The notes under the pieces are model-generated. The model was not told the origin of the DNA and searched no databases. It saw only the letters and a program-made list of their open reading frames with translations. This document shows, piece by piece, positions 30,063 through 40,502 of a DNA stretch of 64,000 bases. Both the position numbers and the translations under genes were made by a program. Source of the stretch: Guillardia theta CCMP2712 (Eukaryota > Protista > Cryptophyta); NCBI RefSeq assembly GCF_000315625.1, contig NW_005434504.1, positions 1 to 64,000 of the forward strand. Direction: 5' to 3'. Position 1 is the stretch's first letter. Every line of letters begins with the position of its first letter.

Positions 30063-32187
30063 CATTCTGGGGTCAAACCGCGTTGGTTTTTGCCCTATAT
30101 CTTCAAGGGGGTGGTGCATGGGAAAATGGGGGTACACGGCGTGTGATTTGCGCAGGTTGAAATTTTGTACTGTTGAAATTCAAACCATATTCAAAACCGT
30201 GATTAAAAGTGATTTTGGAAGTTTAGCTTATCGTTTCTTGGTACCTTCTAAAATGTTTTAATTCTACACGCCTCCACCCACTACCCCAGCGCGTCTCCCC
30301 TCACCATTCTGCTCTCATGTCGCGAAGCTCTTCTCTGCCGATCCTTGTCTTCAGTGTTTGAGTTTTGTGCGAGCATGTTTGCCCAAGTTGCAGTCACTTG
30401 CAGCAGGTGAGCCTCATCAATATTTCTCTTCGTCAAACCCGCTGTGCCGGTTGGTGAAAATGTTACAATGCCATAATCTGTTTTCAAAGTTTGGTTTGTT
30501 GAACGCATCCATTGATGGGGACGAGTATACCACGAACACACACGAGCATGAAGAGACTCGAAAGTATTTTGTGAGAGGAAAAGGTGCAAATGAAGTCATT
30601 ACATCACACAGGTAGAGAGTTCTTCTGTGGATTGTTCATTTTTTAATCGTTGTGAACAAGTAGCAAAAGCATGGCGATGTTGATAACTAGGTTCTGAATG
30701 GTTGCAGCTGAAACGCACATGATTACAAGATTCCAAGACCTTTATTCCACGAAGACCTTCATCTTCATGTACTGGATGGAATATCATATTTATGAGAGAT
30801 GCTTCACTGTGCCACATGACTTGTTCACATCATGTTTGTACTTCTCCGCCTTTGAATGATGCATCTCTTGTTGCATGACTTAAAAACCACTTTGTGAAGA
30901 TGCATAGTCTTGTATATATCCATGTCCACATGCTCAAAGCCTTGCCACTTTGTGACAAACAATATTGAAAAATCTTGAAGACAGCAAACCCAACGGCACG
31001 GTGTTGGATGGCAGTGCACCTACAGCATGTGCTTCGATTCTGTTGTGCGCGCACCATATGCTATTGTGGTTGTCATTATCATTGACTGGGAGTCCGTGTC
31101 AATTTGCTGGTAGTTCGACATCCTGAGATAAATGCTTCGAATGAATAATAAATGTCAAATCAGATATCACCTCCAACCTTGATTCTACATTCATGTCAGT
31201 CTGATTGCAACGCACAATGGATTCTTGCATGCAAGCTGACAAGCTCGAGACTTGATCTCTGATATGATCTGAGGCTTAATTGGACGTCAACAGCTCCGCC
31301 ATTAGGGAAGCAAAGCAAAGTTCATGCATTTCACCAAATGTGCGAACATGCAAAAGACTTGAGTGAGGAGAGTTTGGAGAGAGGAGGGGAGATACTTCAA
31401 CAAGAGCTTCGTGAGAGTCAAGTAATTGGCATATTTCAAAGATTCAAATATCATCAAACTTTTTCTGAACGTGTGAAGCAACGATGTAACGAAGCGTACA
31501 GAAGACATGCCGAGGAGGGAGTCAAGTGAGATGTGATTGCGCCTTAATTAAGTGAACTCGTCATTGTCTTACAGATATTATTATTCAGTTCACTTTTCAG
31601 ATAAAGTACATTACTCTGAGAGCCCAGAAGTCTTGAAGAGAACATTGATGATACGATTGACTTAGTCGTCGGACATGTAGGATGACGAACTCATGCAGAT
31701 TGATCCACTCCTGCAAGATCACCAAGTAAGAATTTATGCTGGATTCTTGATGCCAAGTGTACCTTGCGATCATCTTCTTACTCGGCAGTCCTTCACCTGT
31801 GCTCATGGTGGCAGCTCGCTGACCTGGCTGCTGTGCTCGCCCGGCGGCTCAGCATGACGGTGTGCGATTTGACGATGGGAATGATGGGGAGTGTTTCCCC
31901 ACCCTCATCGATAGGGTGGGTCATCAAAATTGTTTTAGATGGTACAAAACAGCAGTTATAAACCGTTACTCAGTACAACTGCTTGTACCACGGATTCGAA
32001 TAAACAATTCATTACCGTTAAAACAAATGGACACGCCAGTTCAAAATTTGAAGCACCCCTACCACTGATATTACCGAGCACCACCCCTCAAAAACGATGG
32101 GGTACACCACCACCGGTATCCTATGAGAACAGCATACGCATTCCTCTTTTGCGTTAATAAAGACCAACGCGGTTTGACCCCAGAATG
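30063..32187. mobile_element. Non-autonomous TIR DNA transposon, 2125 bp, 3-bp TSD (GCT)
   Basis: Perfect 25-bp TIR CATTCTGGGGTCAAACCGCGTTGGT at 30063-30087 and 32163-32187; GCT at 30060-30062 and 32188-32190; empty site ggaGCTcgcc present in other satellite B units; no long ORF. Confidence 0.9.
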
Positions 32188-34322
32188 GCTCGCCGGAGAG
32201 GCCCGGAATATGCCCAAAGGATGTCAATCAGGCCGATCCAAAGCAAAGAGACATAATCAGGACTTTTTGGAGAGATTTCCGATCAATTAGTACATGAACT
32301 GGTTTATAGGTAGAAAAACCCTGGATTTTCAACTCAATTTCCAGTTGAGTTTCGACCTCGAAAAAAATCCTATACGTATAAATACGTTGCAAGTTTTTTC
32401 TTCCCGGCTTCTCTCCCATATCATTCTATACCTCCCCGCGACCCCTCGGCTCAAGAGGCTCATAACCTGTTTCCACGGGCCCGGACGGCCCGCACGGGCC
32501 TGGAGCTCGCCGGAGAGGCCCGGAATATGCCCAAAGGATGTCAATCAGGCCGATCCAAAGCAAAGAGACATAATCAGGACTTTTTGGAGAGATTTCCGAT
32601 CAATTAGTACATGAACTGGTTTATAGGTAGAAAAACCCTGGATTTTCAACTCAATTTCCAGTTGAGTTTCGACCTCGAAAAAAATCCTATACGTATAAAT
32701 ACGTTGCAAGTTTTTTCTTCCCGGCTTCTCTCCCATATCATTCTATACCTCCCCGCGACCCCTCGGCTCAAGAGGCTCATAACCTGTTTCCACGGGCCCT
32801 TTTTTCTTCCCGGCTTCTCTCCCATATCATTCTATACCTCCCCGCGACCCCTCGGCTCAAGAGGCTCATAACCTGTTTCCACGGGCCCGGACGGCCCGCA
32901 CGGGCCTGGAGCTCGCCGGAGAGGCCCGGAATATGCCCAAAGGATGTCAATCAGGCCGATCCAAAGCAAAGAGACATAATCAGGACTTTTTGGAGAGATT
33001 TCCGATCAATTAGTACATGAACTGGTTTATAGGTAGAAAAACCCTGGATTTTCAACTCAATTTCCAGTTGAGTTTCGACCTCGAAAAAAATCCTATACGT
33101 ATAAATACGTTGCAAGTTTTTTCTTCCCGGCTCCCTCGGCTCAAGAGGCTAATAACCTGTTTCCACGGGCCCTTTTTTCTTCTGGCGGCTTCTCTCCCAT
33201 ATCATTCTATACCTCCCCGCGACCCCTCGGCTCAAGAGGCTCATAACCTGTTTCCACGGGCCCGGACGGCCCGCACGGGCCTGGAGCTCGCCGGAGAGGC
33301 CCGGAATATGCCCAAAGGATGTCAATCAGGCCGATCCAAAGCAAAGAGACATAATCAGGACTTTTTGGAGAGATTTCCGATCACTTAGTACATGAACTGG
33401 TTTATAGGTAGAAAAACCCTGGATTTTCAACTCAATTTTCAGTTGAGTTTCGACCTGCAAAAATATCTATACGTATAAATACGTTGCAAGTTTTTTCTTC
33501 CCGGCTTCTCTCCCATATCATTTTATACCTCCCCGCGACCCCTCGGCTCAAGAGGCTCATAACCTGTTTCCACGGGCCCGGACGGCCCGCACGGGCCTGG
33601 AGCGCCCAAAGGATGTCAATCAGGCCGATCCAAAGCAAAGAGACATAATCAGGACTTTTTGGAGAGATTTCCGATCAATTAGTACATGAACTGGTTTATA
33701 GGTAGAAAAACCCTGGATTTTCAACTCAATTTCCAGTTGAGTTTCGACCTCGAAAAAAATCCTATACGTATAAATACGTTGCAAGTTTTTTCTTCCCGGC
33801 TTCTCTCCCATATCATTTTATACCTCCCCGCGACCCCTCGGCTCAAGAGGCTCATAACCTGTTTCCACGGGCCCGGACGGCCCGCACGGGCCTGGAGCTC
33901 GCCGGAGAGGCCCGGAATATGCCCAAAGGATGTCAATCAGGCCGATCCAAAGCAAAGAGACATAATCAGGACTTTTTGGAGAGATTTCCGATCAATTAGT
34001 ACATGAACTGGTTTATAGGTAGAAAAACCCTGGATTTTCAACTCAATTTCCAGTTGAGTTTCGACCTCGAAAAAAATCCTATACGTATAAATACGTTGCA
34101 AGTTTTTTCTTCCCGGCTTCTCTCCCATATCATTCTATACCTCCCCGCGACCCCTCGGCTCAAGAGGCTCATAACCTGTTTCCACGGGCCCTTTTTTCTT
34201 CCCGGCTTCTCTCCCATATCATTCTATACCTCCCCGCGACCCCTCGGCTCAAGAGGCTCATAACCTGTTTCCACGGGCCCGGACGGCCCGCACGGGCCTG
34301 GAGCTCGCCGGAGAGGCCCGGA
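32188..34322 (+). repeat. Satellite B main array, about 6 units with internal partial duplications
   Basis: 317-bp periodicity (32294/32611; 33686/34003). Confidence 0.95.
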
Positions 34323-36973
34323 CATAGCGTTGACATTTTGCTTTGTCTGCTTTGGGCTGTATGTTTTCCCGTGAGGGGGTTGTTCTGCTTTCTATGAGGA
34401 TTGGGGGGTGGCGTGTTTGAGGATTTGAATTAGGGTCCAAATTTCAGGTTTATAACTCTGATGTTGTTTTGCAATAAGATATTTTAGACTGTATTGTGGA
34501 ATGGTTGAGTATAAACAGAGAAGCAGGGCTGCACCCCAGAAGTTACAGCGAGATCATGGGGTAGTCTACTAACTAATTTTTAGAGCCTTCTTATGGTACA
34601 ATTTTATAAACAAGTTTGAACGACCTCTCTACACGCCATGAGCCTCCCCTTGTTCGGGGCACGTCGCACCGCTCTGTACTGCCCTAACCATGGCTCGCAA
34701 ACAGCAAGCCCGCGGCAGCATGTGCAGACATCAGATGTTCACCGAACATCCTCATGGGAAATTCCTGAGGTGTAGAGATGATGATCCTTGAGGTGTGCTT
34801 CGTACAGTGCGTGAATCTCACGAAAAATCGTTTGGTGAGCGAAGAGCATCAATAATACAAGTGAAAACCACCATCACAGGGATACGCTGCAATCGAAACC
34901 GGGTTGTGAACTACCCTAAGCTTTCTGCGATGCATGACAGGGAAACTGAGTTGGAGAAGATGGATGGAGATTACACACAAGACGACAGGGAATCATCATC
35001 CGACGGTGACTGGATTGTTCAAAAGCCGTACAGTCACCAGTGAGCTCAAGAACACATGTCTTCACGATGATGGCTGATAGGCTCGCAAGAAATACAGTGC
35101 ATTTTAGCAGTGAGCTGCTCGATTGCTTGAAACCACGATGATCCACAGCACTATCGAATGATAACAAGCAAGTCCAGTGGTTCGTGAAGGATTCTTCATC
35201 CGGTTTTCAAGGATATGTTGGAACGATGAAACATGTTGCAAATCACCAAGGTCTATGCCATTTCATCACATGATGCATCATCTAAATATTACTGGTGTGA
35301 ACTTGCATCAGATCGTGTGTTCGTCAATGAGCGCTGCAAAGCAGATGATACATTCACAGCAAACACGAGCACTTTGAAGATGCTGATATTCCAGGCCGTA
35401 CAGCATTTATGATGTGGCTACATGTCACATGCTTCTTGGTTAACACAGAAATAACTTGGTCAGGCAAAAGATGGAACGTCGTCAGGATTACAAGGAGGTC
35501 GGTTGTGCTTTTACCCAGATTGAAACGCTTGTAATAAAGATATGATCACCTGAATGTGGAATTCTGTTTATTGATTCACAGTGTTTGCGGTTCGTTTACA
35601 ATCATCGAGTGCTTGTTCTGTTGAACAAGGCACCCCTCTGTACAGCCAAATGCGACAACAACTCTACTGTTGCATGGTAGCATTGCGAACTGTCCAAACA
35701 AGGCAGGATTGATTCGAAGAACATCTCATTTATTGATATCAGATTCATCTGCACATTGTTTCATTTCTAACTCGGTTTCTGCAGCGTTATGGAAATGTCA
35801 TGACAGAGGAAGAAGTTGCAGTGCAGAAACATCATCCAAGGTCATGAAACATGGAAATGCGATTGTCAATGCACTTGATCATGGATATAGTGATTCATGA
35901 TCAACAACGATTATTTAAAGTCATCTATCCTGGCAGGTAAAGAAATCCTTTGTGCAAACGTCTCTTCATGCATCATTGAACGGTTGAGCATGTAAAGCTT
36001 TCTCTATAGAAAAGTGAGGTGCATGAATCCTGAACGTAAGACTAGAAGAATTCAAAGTGAGTGATGACATGAGAACACATATCTAGACAGCAAAGTCGCT
36101 TAAAGTACAAATTTTGATACAAATTTCTCACAAATCATGCATTTGTGCTCAACGTGCAACCTACGGCAATTTGAAAGAAGGGTCAATCAGAGTTGATTCT
36201 GTTCAATGGTGAATCTATTATTAGTTGCTTAGCTGTTCATGAAAATTTCATCTTGTCTTCGAAGAATATTTGCAAGCACACTCGCGGATTGTTTGAACCT
36301 AGGGTGCATATTCCAGTACACGATGGATGATTCAAACCTTGGCCCAACCTGCAGAGTTGAGTAAGAAGCTCGATCATATCTTACAGGTATGATATGAGAT
36401 CTCCATCTCATTCCTATCTCAGTTGGGTTGGATTCGAAGTCTCTCAATATCAAGGTTCATCCTCGCGAGTCAGGAAGGCACCATTTCATCGCCTCTTGCT
36501 CGTCCAGGGAGAGGGGGCTTGGGGAATGAGAAAAGGGGGCTACCCCCCACCCCCTATCACAGAGTTTCAAACTGTTTCAAAGGTGGGTAGTTGAGGGTGC
36601 TCCGTACCCACCCCACCCCCCAACGAAAGTCAAACGGAGGGGTTCTCGGAAGTCGAAGTTCCGACCAGATTGGCCCTCGTTTTGTACCATATAAACGCTG
36701 CAATATTAAGTTGGTACCACAGATACTTCTAAAATTCGTACTTTTACTTTGGTTTGGCGTGGTGAGGTGTCCAAGCAACCAAATTCAAATCACCCTACCC
36801 CTCTTTGGCCCTGCGCAGCAACGATTTTCCTAAGAGCGAGTACCCTCCCACACGCCTCCTCAAAGTAGGGTACTCCCATATGGCATGAAATGAAGGGACC
36901 CCTCAGGCCCTTCGAAAAAAAAAAATATTGCCAATTTTTCCTATGAGCGCCCGGCCGGAAAAGCAACGCTATG
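34323..36973. mobile_element. Non-autonomous TIR element, 2651 bp, 10-bp TIR CATAGCGTTG, no apparent TSD
   Basis: Interrupts satellite B exactly at cccgga|atatgcc; second rearranged copy at 23288-25870. Confidence 0.8.
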
Positions 36974-37411
36974 ATATGCCCAAAGGATGTCAATCAGGCC
37001 GATCCAAAGCAAAGAGACATAATCAGGACTTTTTGGAGAGATTTCCGATCAATTAGTACATGAACTGGTTTATAGGTAGAAAAACCCTGGATTTTCAACT
37101 CAATTTCCAGTTGAGTTTCGACCTCGAAAAAAATCCTATACGTATAAATACGTTGCAAGTTTTTTCTTCCCGGCTTCTCTCCCATATCATTCTATACCTC
37201 CCCGCGACCCCTCGGCTCAAGAGGCTCATAACCTGTTTCCACGGGCCCGGACGGCCCGCACGGGCCTGGAGCTCGCCGGAGAGGCCCGGAATATGCCCAA
37301 AGGATGTCAATCAGGCCGATCCAAAGCAAAGAGACATAATCAGGACTTTTTGGAGAGATTTCCGATCAATCTGGTTTATAGGTAGAAAAACCCTGGATTT
37401 TCAACTCAATT
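36974..37411 (+). repeat. Satellite B, about 1.4 copies
   Basis: Unit sequence continues in register from 34322. Confidence 0.95.
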
Positions 37412-38784
37412 ATGACATTCAGAGCATTTTCGAACATATCATGATCTTCCTGCTGCTTGTCCTTATCGACAGCCTCGTTGGGAGCTTCCTGCTGACTGTC
37501 ATTATTAACAGCCTCCTTGGGAGCTTCTTGCTTGTCCTTATTGACAGCCTCCTTGGGAGCTTCCTGCTGTTTGTCCTTATTGACAGTCTCCTTAAGAGCT
37601 TCCTGTTTGTCCTTATTGACAACCTCCTTGGGAGCTTCCTGCTGTTTGTCCTTATTGACAGCCTCCTTGGGAGCTTCCTGTTTGTCCTTATTGACAGCCT
37701 CTTTGGGAGCTTCCTGCTGTTTGTCCTGATTGACAACCTCCTTGGGAGCTTCATGCTGTTTGTCCTTATTGACAGCCTCCTTGGGAACTTCCTGTTTGTC
37801 CTTATTGACAGCCTCTTTGGGAGCTTCCTGCTTGTCCTTATTGACAGCCTCTTTGGGAGCGTCCTGCTGCTTGCCCTGTTTGGTAGTACCCACAGAAGAA
37901 ACAGCCTTCTGTTCCTTTAGCTTATTCTGCTTGTCTACCAATGCAGAGAAAACTTCACTTTCTTCGTCTTCTTCGTCGTCCTCACCCTCCTCATCTTCCT
38001 CATCCCCTTTCTCATCTTCTTTATCATCATCATCTTCCGACGAAGAATCTATAACCTCCATTTGCTTTTTGGATTGCTCTGTATCATCATTCGAAGACAT
38101 GGCAACCTCGAGCGTTGATCCCACTGTCCGCTTAGGAATGTCCTTGATATAAACATCGTTGTGTTTGCGGAAGACTAATGAATTGACCAGAACATCAGGT
38201 TGCGACTTCATACACTGCTTCACGATATCGATGAGCACAGCATTACATGAGTCGTCAACCTGATTGGCATGCGAACTGCACAAAGAGAATGCAAAGAACT
38301 TCTTTACCTCGGTAGGACTTTTCAGACTTTCCACATTGAATGACTTATCCTTTCTGGTAAGAGTTCGAGTCACCAATGCCATGGAACAGCCCTTGTATAC
38401 TCTGTCGCCGTCGGATGCGCACAGCAAGCAGCGAGCTTGGAATTCTTTCTCCTTGTACTTGTCAGGGTATGAAAGCTTCTTGATGTTATGCTTCACAGTA
38501 AAAGCAGCAGGCGGAACCATGTCAAGACATGGAAGGCATTTCTCGGCGACTGAACTTCTCTTGACAAAGAACACATGATTGTGCTGCTTACTCTCTTCAG
38601 AAGATGTCACTGTCTTGAACCAATCCTTGAATTCCCACCCATAGCTAACACTAAAGGCTTCATCATACTGAATCTGTTCGGATGCAGTAAACATGACACC
38701 TTGAGACTCAAAGATGTCTGGGGCCTTTGTCCGTACACGGTGGGTAGCGGTAGCTTTCACCTTGGAGTTGTTCTTGGGTGACAT
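37412..38784 (-). pseudogene. Protein with Cys/His-containing N-domain, acidic tract and KQ(Q)EAPKEAVNKD repeats; 3' end cut by satellite B
   Basis: ATG 38784; CLPC, CLLC, CSSH; frame runs into satellite at 37411. Confidence 0.75.
37447..37872 (-). repeat. Coding minisatellite, 36/39-bp units, about 11 copies
   Basis: tgtccttattgacagcctccttgggagcttcctg repeated. Confidence 0.95.
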
Positions 38785-38998
38785 TGCGTGGCGACGGATC
38801 GTGGTTGTGCCGCCACCAGAAGAGATGGGGATCAAATAGAGGGGCGGCCTTTCCCCCCTATTTTTTTTAAGAGGGGGGGGGTGGGTGGTAGTTTTTTTAA
38901 AAAATAACTCAATTTAAAAAAACACCCTACCCTACCCGATTTAAAAAAAATTAATCAAAATCACAGAAGGGTGTCTCTGACAGCAACTAACTCACATC

Positions 38999-39544
38999 AT
39001 GCAAGAAGACAAGGAGAAGGATCTGTTCCAGCGCTTCACCAAGCTGTTCCTGGTAGGTGAAAACCTGAGAGACATGATGGTTTACATGTGTAATACCTGC
39101 ACCTCTGATGTTCAAGATCCGATAACCCATACCATCTGCATCTTCCTCTCCACCCCAGTGAGGATCAGCATCACAAAGATCGGTCTGGCTCCATTTCAGG
39201 GTTTCAACACGGCGATATTTCCCTTCTTTTGCATGCGAGAAGAGCAAAAACATCTTCTCCTCGAAATACTCCAATTTATGCAGGAGAACAGCAGGGCGAC
39301 GCTTTCAACGCAGATGGGCGGGGGCGGGATGGCAACGCTGAAGCCCGACGGGCAACGCATCTACCTCGACACATCCGAAGTCATCTTCCAGTTCTTCCAG
39401 GCCACGAAGGAGTCCGAGAGGACGGGGATGAAAGCACATGTCAGGGACAAGGTCTGCAACATCATCCTTCAAAGGGTATGCAGCGCAGTTCATATCCCCC
39501 GGCGGACGCTGAACGAGATCATGGAGAGGGCAAGGGAATTGTGA
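38999..39544 (+). CDS. Hypothetical protein
   Basis: 181-aa ORF with coding-like bias. Confidence 0.7.
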   Translation: MQEDKEKDLFQRFTKLFLVGENLRDMMVYMCNTCTSDVQDPITHTICIFLSTPVRISITKIGLAPFQGFNTAIFPFFCMREEQKHLLLEILQFMQENSRATLSTQMGGGGMATLKPDGQRIYLDTSEVIFQFFQATKESERTGMKAHVRDKVCNIILQRVCSAVHIPRRTLNEIMERAREL

Positions 39545-39574
39545 ATCATTAAACGCTGTTTTATTCTTTTCACG

Positions 39575-40138
39575 TCACTCATCATCGTCATCCGACTCAC
39601 GTCCACGCTTAGATGGCCTTCCAAGCTGCTTCCTCAGTACCTCAATCTCAAGCCTCTTCTTCTCGTTCTCGAGCTCAGCAGCCTCCTCATTGAGCTTGTA
39701 CATCGCCAGCTTGTGACGAAACTCACAAGACTGAGAAACTTGGGGAAGATACTTTTCCTGTGACTTGTGCCCATATATCATCAAGAAGTGGATCCAACCA
39801 TCATTCTCCTTGATCTTCTCGGCGTCTTGAACATCCTTCTCCACTTGTTTGTTGATGAAGGTGACATCACTTTCGTTCAACAACCGAAACAGGGCATCCC
39901 AGATCACTCTGGCAGACACGTACAAGACATCATTATCATGCATCTCATACACAAAGTCATCAGACTTTTCCGTCTCAATGATCTGCACAGTGAAGTCCAC
40001 CAAGAACTCATCCAACCTCTTGATGTTCTTAGAGCTTGGATCGATATGCTTCTTCAGCACATCATCGAGGTTGTATAGGGTGGGCCTCTGCAAAAGCACG
40101 TCACCGTCAGACTTTGGCAACCAAAAGGAGTGTGGCAT
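39575..40138 (-). CDS. Hypothetical protein
   Basis: ATG 40138 about 35 bp downstream of gtataaaa; C-terminal coiled coil. Confidence 0.7.
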   Translation of the reverse strand: MPHSFWLPKSDGDVLLQRPTLYNLDDVLKKHIDPSSKNIKRLDEFLVDFTVQIIETEKSDDFVYEMHDNDVLYVSARVIWDALFRLLNESDVTFINKQVEKDVQDAEKIKENDGWIHFLMIYGHKSQEKYLPQVSQSCEFRHKLAMYKLNEEAAELENEKKRLEIEVLRKQLGRPSKRGRESDDDDE

Positions 40139-40502
40139 CCTCTTGTTGTGTTGGGCCGCCGAGCCACTCTCCGTTTTATACAACCCCGCTCCTACCCCAC
40201 CTCCGCCAACGAAGCAGATCATTTATCACCACCCTCACCCGTTAAATTACCGGGCTCTACCCCGTGAAACCACCCACCCACCCCTCTTTATCCCAATTTC
40301 CGCATTTAGGAAAAAAAAGAGGACTCGACCACCCACCCCTTGCAGAGGGGGTTTAGATTTAAATTAAATATACCCCCTGTCTGTACCTAATTACCACGGG
40401 TAATAAATACCACCCACCCCCAATTAAAGCCATCCACGAACCTCCCGGTCCCCCCAATAAAAGCGGGGTGGGGGGAATTTCGCGCACCCCCAGCTTTCCC
40501 CC

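Noticed and set aside
30063-32187. Transposase gene inside the TIR elements
   Set aside because: Only short ORFs with no recognisable DDE motif; intron-split or decayed coding cannot be excluded.
22779-37411. CRISPR array
   Set aside because: Units are 170-332-bp tandem satellites without short repeat/unique spacer periodicity; no cas genes.
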